Notes under the pieces: model-generated
What the model was told of the DNA's origin: nothing
The model's database searches: none
What the model saw: only the letters and a program-made list of their open reading frames with translations
DNA from: a bacterium
Lineage (GTDB): Bacteria; Zhuqueibacterota; Zhuqueibacteria; Oceanimicrobiales; Oceanimicrobiaceae
DNA: 44,155 nucleotides
Assembly (NCBI GenBank): GCA_037446635.1
Contig: JBBIIG010000034.1
Location: forward strand, 1-44,155
Direction of reading: 5' to 3'
Program-made: the position numbers and the translations under genes
Part shown: positions 21,301 through 30,051 of the stretch, piece by piece
Numbering within the stretch: position 1 is the stretch's first letter
Layout of the letters: each line of letters begins with the position of its first letter

Positions 21301-21630
21301 CTCCCGCAAGTTGAGCGCGGCGATGTCCATGTTCGTGCCCCACAGAAACTCGAGGGTCACCAGCGACACGCCTTCTTTTGAAACCGACGTCACCCTCCGA
21401 ACACGCGGGACGGTGCTTACCGCTTCCTCGATGGGAACGGTAATTAACCCCTCGACTTCGATGGGCGGGACATTGGGATAGGAGGTCCAGACGGTGAGCC
21501 TGGGATAGGATACATCCGGCAGCAAGTCCACCGGCAGGCGCGTGAGGGACACCACACCTAACATGATCACCGCCAGAAAAAACATGGTGGTGGCGACGGG
21601 CCGGCGCACTGAGATTTCGGCTAAAGACAT
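18364..21630 (-). CDS. RND efflux permease subunit 1, full length (1088 aa)
   Basis: MSLAEISVRRPVATTMFF; GMLVDNSIVVLENI; RLRPILMTT; LQRPLAVAISGGL. Confidence 0.93.
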   Translation of the reverse strand: MSLAEISVRRPVATTMFFLAVIMLGVVSLTRLPVDLLPDVSYPRLTVWTSYPNVPPIEVEGLITVPIEEAVSTVPRVRRVTSVSKEGVSLVTLEFLWGTNMDIAALNLREKLDNLRWTLPQEAERPTILRLDPRALPVMSLAVTGGDLVPLKEFTRNVIKRRLEQIQGVALAAVTGGLEREIQVEVDNRKLTALGVSLDEVATALANANRSLPGGTIKKGLYRYALRTLGEFQDTQELQAVVISNNGNGAVITLKDIAKVVDGFRERESITRFNGQEAIGVIITKEAEANAVEVSRRVHAVLEQLRREHPEVNIAVAADQAEFISAAIGNVEQAVSVGAVLAFVVLFLFLRDVRHPINIGLVIPISILAAFIMMFFGGISLNMISLSGLALGVGMLVDNSIVVLENIFRLREEGADVRSAAIAGAREVAMPITAATLTTIAVFFPIIYVQGFAGQLFRDQYMTVTFALLASLVVSLTLLPVLAAHFFRKRDRDEIKTAPETRIYSSLFERRKTRLSDLSQKIMEFTIRPFIKFWKWLGGWLGALARFWLEGLVKILGRIWRPVLQTFDRMFNLFSQKYETLLKWALRNRAKVILITGLSLIISGLLSLVIDRQLMPKVDQKEFVIKVEMPPGTSLESVSQVVGEMERLLLRRSEVATVFSNIGLASDQSGLLLEETALHRARLQVRLNPRSSKSSDEVMASLRPEFERMPAAKITLAASENLLSQYLDAVEADVAIKISGSDLGLMNGLLQKVEESVREVSGLVDLRSSYKEGRPEIRITIDREAAGRYGLSARLVANFVQNTMRGTVATQFTDFDRKIDIVVRPEVSARDELADLLNARIRFGNHSVPLRELIRAEPSRGPTEIHRENQVRQMALYGSVSDRGYSSVVRDIEQSISSIERPYDYQITVGGAREEMRRSFRSLILAILLAAALVYMILAAEFESLIHPFIIITTIPLAAIGAVLSLFVTGQSFNVMSLIGVVVLVGIVDNDAVIKVDFIKQERRRGASVHDAILVAGQKRLRPILMTTFTTVLGLLPLALGFGPGGELQRPLAVAISGGLLSATFLTLVVVPVVYSLVAARKGLRGDR

Positions 21631-21729
21631 GTTTGAATTTTAGGACTCGTCTCGCAAAAAATAAGAGAAGCGCGGGGAAAAAGCAAAAAATTCTTGACAA
21701 AAGCTGTTTTTTTATTTTTATCTTCAGTG
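21371..21729. repeat. Copy 1 of the 'permease 5' end + divergent promoter' repeat (other copies ~23910-24270 and ~31393-31882)
   Basis: Near-identical to 23910-24270 through ...TTCTTGACAAAAGCTGTTTTTTTATTTTTATCTTCAGTG; the third copy is more diverged. Confidence 0.92.
21694..21724 (+). promoter_or_regulatory. Putative promoter of cassette 1
   Basis: TTGACA(21694), 19-nt T-rich spacer, TATCTT(21719); conserved in three copies. Confidence 0.55.
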
Positions 21730-21814
21730 TACCAACTATTGATCATCCTCGCCAAGTTCAGAACTTTTCGCAGTCCAACAATCAACCAAGCTAATAACCA
21801 AAAAGGAGGCCATC

Positions 21815-22012
21815 ATGGCAAAAAAAACAGCGCTCGTTCTAATATGCTTAGTTGTACTTCTGCTGGGTAGTACCCTCTATTACGTGATCGGCAACAAAAC
21901 CGCCAACTCAATTTTTGTAAAAGACGCACTGGCTACTGCTAGAGATCCTCATACTCATGAGGGCAGACTTACTGTCTGCTTCAATATTGTCGATAAGGCG
22001 TGTGATTCGTAA
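21815..22012 (+). CDS. Small secreted peptide with C-terminal C-x7-C
   Basis: RBS AAGGAGG; hydrophobic leader ending ALA; core TARDPHTHEGRLTVCFNIVDKACDS; followed by a stem-loop at 22025-22060. Confidence 0.75.
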   Translation: MAKKTALVLICLVVLLLGSTLYYVIGNKTANSIFVKDALATARDPHTHEGRLTVCFNIVDKACDS

Positions 22013-22144
22013 ATCATACTGATCGGTGGGTGGAAATTACCGACAATAATCTCCACCACCACAATCTGTCAAATTCTGACATTAAACTCTCATCAAATCA
22101 GTTCTTGGGCTATCAACAGGAGGCAGAACAAAGGTGAACGGCAA

Positions 22145-22834
22145 ATGAAATTTTTTGAGGACAAACTGATGTGGGGTTTGACTGGAATCCTGTTCATAAC
22201 TATGGCGATAACATCACTATTTTGGGGCCGCCAATTGCACCGTCAGCAGAAACTAATAAGCCAACTAAGTACAGAAGTAGATGAACTTCGATCCCTAAAA
22301 GAATCATCTGATTTAGAAGAACGGCTTAGAGGAAAACTTTTGCCATTTAATGAATTGAAAAGCCTGACGGAAGAAAGTTCTCAAAAAGGGTTATTCAGAA
22401 GTAACCTTTATACGCTAGTTTTGGTCGTTTCGCTTTCAAATTGTTCGAGTTGCAGGGACGAAGAGATTCAATTATGGCAAGAGTTCTATAATAGCAGGAC
22501 CAGTACAAAATGCGAAATTGTAGCTGTTTTCTCTGAGTCAGTAATGACTGAACAAGAAAGGACCATAGTAAAAAAATATGTCCAAAGCTTTGACTTGACT
22601 ATGCTATGCTTTCTTGATCAGAACAATAAGATCTTAGAGTTTTTGCATTTGAAACCCGAACAAACACCTGTCGCTCTGCTAATCAATCGATTTGGAAGGA
22701 TTATTCTTGTCCATCAAGCGTTGGCACAAAATCCTGAGAAGACAGTCCGGTTTCAAGAATTAGTGTATCGGCTCTTTGAGGGTTTACAACAACCTGAAAC
22801 TGAAGAAAGTTGCTCCCCCCGTGTCCATCTCTGA
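22145..22834 (+). CDS. Membrane-anchored thioredoxin-fold (TlpA/AhpC-TSA-like) protein, CSSC
   Basis: N-terminal TM helix and coiled coil; LVLVVSLSNCSSC; TPVALLINRFGRI cis-Pro loop. Confidence 0.75.
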   Translation: MKFFEDKLMWGLTGILFITMAITSLFWGRQLHRQQKLISQLSTEVDELRSLKESSDLEERLRGKLLPFNELKSLTEESSQKGLFRSNLYTLVLVVSLSNCSSCRDEEIQLWQEFYNSRTSTKCEIVAVFSESVMTEQERTIVKKYVQSFDLTMLCFLDQNNKILEFLHLKPEQTPVALLINRFGRIILVHQALAQNPEKTVRFQELVYRLFEGLQQPETEESCSPRVHL

Positions 22835-23909
22835 GAACACAGTCGTTTGCATAATAGTAATCGCGTCCGTCTTGGCGCTGGTATCCTGCAAATCGCAGGA
22901 GTCGGAAACCATGACAGATGATTCACCGAGGCTAAGCATCGCCGGGAGCGCCTCTTCTTTTTCTGAGTTGGGCTTTCATGAGGAACTGCCGCTGGTTACA
23001 GAGAACGAGTTCATTGCACGAATCGATTTTCTGAAATTTGCAGGAGACCACATTCTGCTCGGAGATTCTTTTTTCGGGCAACAATTGTTGCTTTTCAACA
23101 CCTCCGGCACATTAAGACACAAAATAGGCAAGCGGGGCCGAGGCCCTGGCGAATATATCAATCCACAGGCCAGCGGGATATTTGATAAAAAAATTTATGT
23201 CGCCAGCTCGGGAACTCAACGTATGGAAGTCTTTGACTTGAATGGCGCCTATTTGCGAAGCTTTTCCTTGGCTGGTCAAATGATCATGTATGATATGCTA
23301 TTCGGCTCATTCGGTCATATTTATATACTGAATCCAACTCGTTATCTAAAATACTCTATAGCGGTCCTTGATACCTCGGGGAAGAAACTCAACGAGATAT
23401 CGGAAATAGACGAGGAATTCAAACATGCGTTTGACACCTTCAATCCACCGAGTAGTTTCGCCATCAATGTGCGAGACGAGTTGTATCAAATATTCATTCA
23501 TCGGTATGAAATACGAGTTTTTGACAAAAAGGGTCAAGCCTTACGAACGATTCGCTGCAGCAGCCCTTTTTACAAAGCGCCTGATTATGAAAAAGCCAAG
23601 ACGGTTAGGGGAATCGATCATGAAAAACGTTTCATGCTCACTTTTACTCACCTGCGCGGCATTTTTCTACTTAAACCAGACCTCATTGCCGTCGTGCTGA
23701 GAAATTGGGAGTCGTTGGACGAATATCGGGAAGTCATTGAATTCTGGGAAGCCAGCGGAAAATTTCTTACGCGTTACAAAGTCGAAGAGGACGAAAAACT
23801 TGTAGCGACACACAATGAATATCTGGAATTTTCCAAAGAAGGCCCGGTTGATGAATAGGGTTTGTATGGAAATCCTAGCTTGATATGGAGAACATTTCCA
23901 AAAAACTAA
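22821..23909 (+). CDS. 6-bladed beta-propeller lipoprotein with probable premature TAG at 23856
   Basis: GTG start at 22821; lipobox LVSC; HKIGKRGRGPGEY. Past the TAG the frame continues GLYGNPSLIWRTFPKN*, matching the NPxI/V tail of sibling propellers. Confidence 0.8.
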
Positions 23910-24171
23910 CGCCTTCCTGGAAAACCGACAATACTAGCCGAATCCGCGGGACGGTGCTCACCGCTTCCTCGATGGGAACGGTTATCAACCCCTCGACTTC
24001 GATGGACGGGACATTGGGATAGGAGGTCCAAACGGTGAGCTTGGGATAAGAGACATCCGGCAGCAAGTCCACCGGCAGGCGAGTGAGGGACACCACGCCT
24101 AACATGATCACCGCCAGAAAAAACATGGCGGTGGCGACGGGCCGGCGCACTGAGATTTCGGCTAAAGACAT
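23910..24171 (-). pseudogene. 5' fragment (~87 codons) of RND permease 1
   Basis: Nearly identical to the start of 18364-21630; homology ends at 'EGVS'. Confidence 0.92.
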
Positions 24172-24234
24172 GTTTGAATTTTAGGACTCGTCTCGCAAAA
24201 AATAAGAGAAGCGCGGGGAAAAAGCAAAAAATTC

Positions 24235-24265
24235 TTGACAAAAGCTGTTTTTTTATTTTTATCTT
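24235..24265 (+). promoter_or_regulatory. Putative promoter of cassette 2
   Basis: Identical to 21694-21724. Confidence 0.55.
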
Positions 24266-24354
24266 CAGTGCATCAACTATGATTATCCTCTCGCCATCTC
24301 AGAAGCTTCATGGTCTACAATCACCAAAACAAATAACCAAAGGAGGTTAGTCCT

Positions 24355-24897
24355 ATGCGAAACGAAAAGCTTTCCAAACTCTTTTTAGCGATCTTCTCCA
24401 TCATACTCCTAATTGGAGTATTCACAGTTCTAAATACCGAGTATGCACTTAATTCTCTATCCTTGCCACAAGAATCAAAAGAGGTTTATTCTCTTTTTTA
24501 TTTTGGGGCAACCAGTTGTACTTTTTGTATTGTACCACAGAATATTGAAAATATCAAAAAACTCAGAAAGGAGTTTTCTGAAAAATATAACTACTTAACC
24601 ATCAAATTTGTGATGGTTTGCATGGATAAGAATATAGAAGAAGGTTTGGAATATGTTAAGAAATACGGTGAATATTGGGATGAAATTTCAATTGGAAACT
24701 TTTACGAAAACGAATTAGTAATGAACAACCTTAACAAGGCCAATACCCCAGGGGTACCTCACATAATTGTTTACAGGGATACACTTATTAGGATGACAAC
24801 CCCAGTCATCAAAAGTAGAAAGGTTGTAGTTGACTTACTTGGCGCGGATCAAATACAAAAATGGATAAGGAGTGGTTATCCTTTGTTACGAGATTAG
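24355..24897 (+). CDS. Secreted/anchored thioredoxin-fold protein, CTFC
   Basis: RBS AAGGAGG; signal-like N-terminus; LFYFGATSCTFC; GVPHIIVY. Confidence 0.75.
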   Translation: MRNEKLSKLFLAIFSIILLIGVFTVLNTEYALNSLSLPQESKEVYSLFYFGATSCTFCIVPQNIENIKKLRKEFSEKYNYLTIKFVMVCMDKNIEEGLEYVKKYGEYWDEISIGNFYENELVMNNLNKANTPGVPHIIVYRDTLIRMTTPVIKSRKVVVDLLGADQIQKWIRSGYPLLRD

Positions 24898-25047
24898 CTG
24901 GCACTTTTCCAATCACTGTTTCTCTGCTCGACATGGGGAGTTTTGTATTTCGCCTTTTCATTCTCACTCGTAAACTTCTCGGTCTTATAGTTCGACAAGA
25001 CTTGACATCCATTTCAAGTTTTCTTCTCAGCGCGCTTTCCCTAACGC

Positions 25048-26406
25048 TTATTCCCGTTGAATCCTTACCCGCGCGTCATGCACCAGAGTATAGTGCCCGG
25101 AAGTAATCACCATTTCCCCGGGCTTTAGATCAAAACTGGAATTTAGAATCTCTGCGAATTCGTCGTTTTCCAGCCCGGTCTCCACGTAGCACCATTTCGC
25201 CAAACCGTCGCGTACAATGAACACGAGCTTGCGCTGGTCGCGGGTGAGCACCGCCTCTTTGGGAACCAGCAGCCGGTCTTTAAAAATCTGCGCCTCCAAT
25301 TTCGCATAGGCAAACATGCCCGGCAAAATCCGCCGACTGGGATTCGTCAACCGCACCGCAACTTTCACGGTTTTGCTTTCGCGATCGACGACAGGATTTA
25401 TGGACGTCACCCGGCCGTGAAACGTCTCGCCGGGATAAGCGGGAAACGTCACCTCGGCTTTCCGCCCCTGCTCGACGAGGCCAATCTCGCTTTCCAGCAC
25501 CTGCACCGCTACTTCCATTTGCGACAAATCTACTAGTTTAAAACACTCCTGCCCCGACGAAATCTGTTGCCCAGTTTCCACTTGTAAATCTGCCACTACG
25601 CCAGAAAACGGCGCGCGTATTTCGGTGTAGCTGAGATTCAATTCGGCACGTTGCAGGGCTAACTCGGCCGCCGTCAGGCCCGTCCGGTGCGCTAATAACT
25701 CGTCACGCCTCTTGCCCGCCAACACTTGTGCAGTTTCATACTTAAGCTTCGCCCGCAGGAATTCATCTTCCGAGATCTGCCCGCGTTCGTGTTTTGCTGC
25801 TATCTCCGCGAATTCGTCTTCGGCCCGCTTCAAGTTATCCGCCGGCACATTCTCCATCTTCCCTATTTCTCTATGCCCTATTTCCTTATCTGCTTCCCCT
25901 TGTTTACGCTCCACGCCCTTCGCTCCACGCTCCCCGCTATCACTCCGCTTCTCCTCACGCTGCAGCATACCAAAATCCACCTGCGCTCCCAACAACCTAT
26001 CCTGCGCTTCCGCCAGCGCCAGACGATACTCTCGATCATCCAACTTGAGCAACAGGTCGCCTTCGCGAACCGATTGCCCCTCGCCAACAGCAAGCTGCGC
26101 AATAGCCCCCCCAATTTTAGTGGACATGACAATCTCGCGCAGCGCCCGCGTTTGTCCCGTGGCCGAGATGCGCATCACCAAATCACCAATCCGGGCAGGC
26201 ATCGCCGCCACTGCGACAGCCGTTTCCTGCTGAGCTGTAAAATCGGCGGCGTCAGGTTCGTTGGTCGAACCCGAGGCCTTACCGCTGAGCCGTGGTTGAA
26301 GCTGCCAAAACATTACCAAAGCAATGGCCGCGCCAACCAAAGTTATGGTGAACATTTGCAGTTTTCGACGCGATACCACGCGCTTTTCTTCTATCACACT
26401 TTTCAT
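25048..26406 (-). CDS. RND periplasmic adaptor (MFP), full length
   Basis: TM anchor, lipoyl halves (VGEGQSVREGDLLLKLDD; IRAPFSGVV), beta-barrel (FHGRVTSINPVVD...ILPGMFA), LLVPKEAV. Confidence 0.93.
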   Translation of the reverse strand: MKSVIEEKRVVSRRKLQMFTITLVGAAIALVMFWQLQPRLSGKASGSTNEPDAADFTAQQETAVAVAAMPARIGDLVMRISATGQTRALREIVMSTKIGGAIAQLAVGEGQSVREGDLLLKLDDREYRLALAEAQDRLLGAQVDFGMLQREEKRSDSGERGAKGVERKQGEADKEIGHREIGKMENVPADNLKRAEDEFAEIAAKHERGQISEDEFLRAKLKYETAQVLAGKRRDELLAHRTGLTAAELALQRAELNLSYTEIRAPFSGVVADLQVETGQQISSGQECFKLVDLSQMEVAVQVLESEIGLVEQGRKAEVTFPAYPGETFHGRVTSINPVVDRESKTVKVAVRLTNPSRRILPGMFAYAKLEAQIFKDRLLVPKEAVLTRDQRKLVFIVRDGLAKWCYVETGLENDEFAEILNSSFDLKPGEMVITSGHYTLVHDARVRIQRE

Positions 26407-26549
26407 TCTTCGCTCGCAAAATTTTTTAGATTATTTTAAAAAATTGTGGGAGAAATGCAATATAAGTTTGTCTATACAGAATAAAAGGTCTCATCGTTTC
26501 GCACTTCCTCTCTGTGATATACTGGCAATCTCAAAGTCGGGGAGAAATC

Positions 26550-27329
26550 ATGGATGAACTGTCTGTCTGTTTTTCTGCACTCAAGCGCAGTTCAGACTTC
26601 CTAAGGGCGACGTTGCAGAACCATTTCAAAACCATCACGATAAACTCCGACAGCGAATTATGGGCTTTCTTAAAGACTCATCACCTGTTTTCTCTAGTTA
26701 TGTCTACCCGCCTCCACAACAAAAGCGACATGCGACTAATTAGAAACCTTTGTGCTGCCATGCCACGGTTGCCCACTGTTCTCTACGGCCAGGTAGGCAG
26801 CGAAGAATTGGCGTTTCAACTGGCCAAAACGGGCGTCGAGCATTTTATCCCCGAGGGCAACCTGGACGAGCTGCTCGCTACTTTACATCACTTGAAAGAA
26901 CAAGCCACCTTTCGCATTGACCTGCGGGACTTTGGGATTGACCTGAGCCAGAGTAACGACTACTGGGTGCGACAATTTTTTGATGTGCTTTTGAAAGAGC
27001 ATCGATATATTCATCTTACTACGGTGCAGCAGATAGCCAATCAGCTCGGCATCACCCCCGTTCATCTGGATCGCTCCTTTAAGAAAGATGGTTGCCCGAT
27101 GACTCCCAAACAAATCCTCCTGTGTTTAAAAAATTATTACGCCGCTTACCTCCTCGACACCACGAGCTGGTCCACTCAAAAGATTGCTCAGTGCTGCGGC
27201 TTCAACAGTGAACATGATCTTTACAAATCCTTTGCGAAGAGAACCGGTATAACGGTGAAACAGTTTCGCAAAAGCAAGGTTTGGAGGGAGTATCCCCAGA
27301 TTATCACATCGCAATATAAATCATCATGA
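26550..27329 (+). CDS. AraC-family transcriptional regulator with degenerate receiver-like N-terminal domain
   Basis: GGAG RBS then ATG at 26550. Double HTH: IANQLGITPVHLDRSFKK...IAQCCGFNSEHDLYKSFAKRTGITVKQFR. Divergent from the MFP. Confidence 0.85.
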   Translation: MDELSVCFSALKRSSDFLRATLQNHFKTITINSDSELWAFLKTHHLFSLVMSTRLHNKSDMRLIRNLCAAMPRLPTVLYGQVGSEELAFQLAKTGVEHFIPEGNLDELLATLHHLKEQATFRIDLRDFGIDLSQSNDYWVRQFFDVLLKEHRYIHLTTVQQIANQLGITPVHLDRSFKKDGCPMTPKQILLCLKNYYAAYLLDTTSWSTQKIAQCCGFNSEHDLYKSFAKRTGITVKQFRKSKVWREYPQIITSQYKSS

Positions 27330-27386
27330 ATCCAAAAGCCAGAATCCGACCAAATTCATGCTAAGAAATGGCACAAATGTTAAGCA

Positions 27387-27464
27387 ATGACATTGACAAA
27401 TGTCATCATTTTTAAAATATTTCCACTAAAGGTTATGACCGAAAATGACATCCGAAAATGACAT
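27387..27464. promoter_or_regulatory. Candidate operator: ATGACAT repeats upstream of mauE
   Basis: Inverted ATGACATT-N4-AATGTCAT (27387-27406) overlapping TTGACA; tandem CCGAAAATGACAT x2 (27439-27464). Confidence 0.55.
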
Positions 27465-27510
27465 CCTGGATTAAGAGAATTATAAACAAAACAACATACA
27501 GACGTAGTTT

Positions 27511-28044
27511 ATGGTTCCATTTTATATCAAAGCCTATTCCCATTCTCTATCAGCGATCATCTTAAGCGGTGTCTTTTTCCTAAGTGGTATTTCAAAAATC
27601 CTCTATTGGGGAGATACCACTATTGCAGTGCGAAATCTTGTTTTCGATAAAGAGATGGCACTTGTAATTTCCGTCGTAATTGTTGTTTTAGAGCTTTCGT
27701 TATCTGTGCTATTGCTTAGACCTAAGTTTTGGAGATTGTGCGGCATCATCAGCGTGAGTATGTTAATTGCTTTCACTGTGGTTGTTTTTTGGGGTAAATC
27801 GCAAGGTCTTATAACTCAATGTCCCTGCTTTGGAAAGCTGTTTGGTGCAAAAATTGGTGGAGCGTTGATTGTGAGAAATTCGATTTTGCTATTATGCGGG
27901 ATTTCCTTGCTTACTCAAAAGGTCTTCTTTCAGGATAGTGATTCGACCATAGATTCACTTTTTAAATCAATGACGGTAGCAAACTTTTCACTGCTTGTAA
28001 TCAATGCCGTCTTGTTTGGAAAATTAGTAGGAACCTTTTTTTAG
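27511..28044 (+). CDS. MauE/DoxX-family redox-associated membrane protein
   Basis: VFFLSGISKI, LELSLSVLLL, CPCFG and IVRNSILL match the MauE pattern (CxCFG...RN). Confidence 0.85.
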   Translation: MVPFYIKAYSHSLSAIILSGVFFLSGISKILYWGDTTIAVRNLVFDKEMALVISVVIVVLELSLSVLLLRPKFWRLCGIISVSMLIAFTVVVFWGKSQGLITQCPCFGKLFGAKIGGALIVRNSILLLCGISLLTQKVFFQDSDSTIDSLFKSMTVANFSLLVINAVLFGKLVGTFF

Positions 28045-28057
28045 TTACCGAAAGTCT

Positions 28058-28663
28058 ATGCTCAAAGATAAGTATAGAAACGTTGCACAAAATTTTCTAT
28101 TCTTTCTTTTGATTGGATTATTAGGCGGTAATTTGTGGCTACTGAAAGGTAAGCAGTCCAACGATAGCAAAAGCAAAAGTGCCCGCTCACCTGCAAAATG
28201 GACTCCGTCTTACATCCAATTCCCGGAGCACCTCACAGATGCAATGACTGGAGACAGCATAAACTTGGATCCTATCATAAATAATCGGATTAAGGTGTTG
28301 ATTCTTTTAAACACTGGCTGCTATCGATGTATTGAAGATCTGCCGAAGTGGGAAGAGTTTATAGGGGAATTTCCGAATCAAGATCAAATACAGTTCGTTT
28401 TTATCGCGCAAGCCCCTACACGTAAATATCTGGAGTATATGATAACACGTCGGGCGCAAATTCATCAGCCGGTATTTTATGATTCACTGAATTTCGTCGG
28501 AAGAACAAATCATATCCACGAGATTCCCACGACTATGTTGCTCGACCAAAAGAACAAGGTTGTCCTGGCCGGATCCCCCATTCTGCATCCAGAGCTGAAA
28601 ACAATGTATCACGACAATATTGAAAATCTTCTGTATAGAAAGGATGGGACTGAAGCCTGGTGA
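28058..28663 (+). CDS. Membrane-anchored TlpA/AhpC-TSA-like redoxin, CYRC
   Basis: KVLILLNTGCYRCIEDLPKWEE; IPTTMLLDQKNKVVLAGSP. Confidence 0.85.
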   Translation: MLKDKYRNVAQNFLFFLLIGLLGGNLWLLKGKQSNDSKSKSARSPAKWTPSYIQFPEHLTDAMTGDSINLDPIINNRIKVLILLNTGCYRCIEDLPKWEEFIGEFPNQDQIQFVFIAQAPTRKYLEYMITRRAQIHQPVFYDSLNFVGRTNHIHEIPTTMLLDQKNKVVLAGSPILHPELKTMYHDNIENLLYRKDGTEAW

Positions 28664-29733
28664 AATTAAAATCCTTGCGTTTGGCGACGGCGATTCTCCT
28701 CGTTTTTTCTAACTGTGCCGATAGAGAAAATGATTTGCCGACGGTTGTAAATGAAAACAGCCCTCTAAGCAGGATATCCCTTGAGTTAATCGATTCGATT
28801 GGTTCCGATGATCCGGCCAATGAAGATTACATATTCGGCATCATCTATAGCCTACAAGTTGATGACAGTGGTAATTTATACGTTTTAGATCGAGCCTTCA
28901 AAAACATCAGAGTCTTTGCTCCCAATGGAAAATTTCTTCGCGGTTATGATTTGCCCAAAGGAAAGGGGCCGGGTGAATTCATGAGGCCAGTATCTATGGC
29001 GTTATCGTGGGATAAAAAGCACATCTATGTTGCCGATGCTGAGCTAAGAAAACTAACCATACTCGACCTGAATTTCAATTTTATTTACTCCTTTGCAGTA
29101 AACAACTACTACTTCGAAGTCTTCGGTGGGCCGAATAACACCGTCATCGTTGTGTTTGACCAACTTTACTTTAAAAAGAAGGATATCATCGTACATATTG
29201 TAACCGAAACAGGCAAAGTGATTGCACAATTTGCAACGCCGCACAGGGATATGGTCAAACTGAGAGATAGGAGACTTCAATTTGTGACATATACTTTTTT
29301 TGTCCCATCAGATTCTCTGCTTTTCCTTGCGCATAGCTATCCCTATGACATAAGTGTATATGAACCGGGTGGCAACCTTAGACATCGCTTTGCGCACAAG
29401 CTGCCATTTTGGGGGGAGGAGATCAGGAAAGGAGAATTTCTTCTTCCGAGACGGACTATAAGCGGCTTGGCTGCCACCAATGATTCATTGCTGCTCGTTT
29501 TTACATTCGACAATCAGACCGAACAATCAAATCTTTATGCGTACGACTACCATGGAAGAAGCCGGGGAGAAATACTGCTTTCCGATTTCAAAATCGGTAG
29601 GCTTCCATTAACTGTAATGTCGATAATTTATGACGATCAAATTCTCTATGTGAAAACTGACGCTCCGTTTCCAAAGATACTTAAGTTCAAAATCTCCCAA
29701 CAACTCCAAATAACTAATCAGGAGGTGAACTAA
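28660..29733 (+). CDS. 6-bladed beta-propeller (NHL-like) lipoprotein
   Basis: Lipobox FSNC; VDDSGNLYVLD...IRVFAPNGKFL...KGKGPGEF; terminal FPKILKFKI. Confidence 0.85.
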   Translation: MKLKSLRLATAILLVFSNCADRENDLPTVVNENSPLSRISLELIDSIGSDDPANEDYIFGIIYSLQVDDSGNLYVLDRAFKNIRVFAPNGKFLRGYDLPKGKGPGEFMRPVSMALSWDKKHIYVADAELRKLTILDLNFNFIYSFAVNNYYFEVFGGPNNTVIVVFDQLYFKKKDIIVHIVTETGKVIAQFATPHRDMVKLRDRRLQFVTYTFFVPSDSLLFLAHSYPYDISVYEPGGNLRHRFAHKLPFWGEEIRKGEFLLPRRTISGLAATNDSLLLVFTFDNQTEQSNLYAYDYHGRSRGEILLSDFKIGRLPLTVMSIIYDDQILYVKTDAPFPKILKFKISQQLQITNQEVN

Positions 29734-30041
29734 TGAAAAAGAAAAAGCTGTTGGTAGGCCTTGGTCTCATTGGTCTATGTTTTGTACTAAGCTTGGTTTG
29801 GGAGTACACCAATCCGGCATTAGCCGCCGTCGATTGTTGTACAAGCTGTACAGATTATTGCTTCTGTGAAAACAGCAACCATGCCTATGCATGTGCGACC
29901 TACCCCTGTGGCACGCCTCCCTGCATTGGGGTCGGTACCAAATGTTGCCTGCCCTGGTACCCTAGTGGCGGTGGTGGTGATGACGGCGGCGAAGGCGACG
30001 ATGAATGTGATGTTTACTTTCCTCCACCCCACTGCGTGTAA
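29733..30041 (+). CDS. Secreted 12-cysteine peptide
   Basis: RBS AGGAGG; signal peptide ending ALA; mature region has 12 Cys and a Gly/Asp linker. Confidence 0.85.
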   Translation: MKKKKLLVGLGLIGLCFVLSLVWEYTNPALAAVDCCTSCTDYCFCENSNHAYACATYPCGTPPCIGVGTKCCLPWYPSGGGGDDGGEGDDECDVYFPPPHCV

Positions 30042-30051
30042 GTTACGTCCA

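Noticed and set aside
23856..23858. Pyrrolysine or recoded TAG
   Set aside because: TAG serves as a normal stop in other genes here (e.g. rseP, RND1); no pyl genes seen.
24809..25012. Small minus-strand ORF after the MFP
   Set aside because: No recognisable similarity and it overlaps the convergent redoxin; may be a gene remnant but cannot be supported.
27511..30041. Bufferin/MNIO (DUF692) or other enzyme-modified RiPP cluster
   Set aside because: DoxX-like and Cys-peptide genes are present, but no DUF692, radical SAM, YcaO or Lan enzyme is recognisable.
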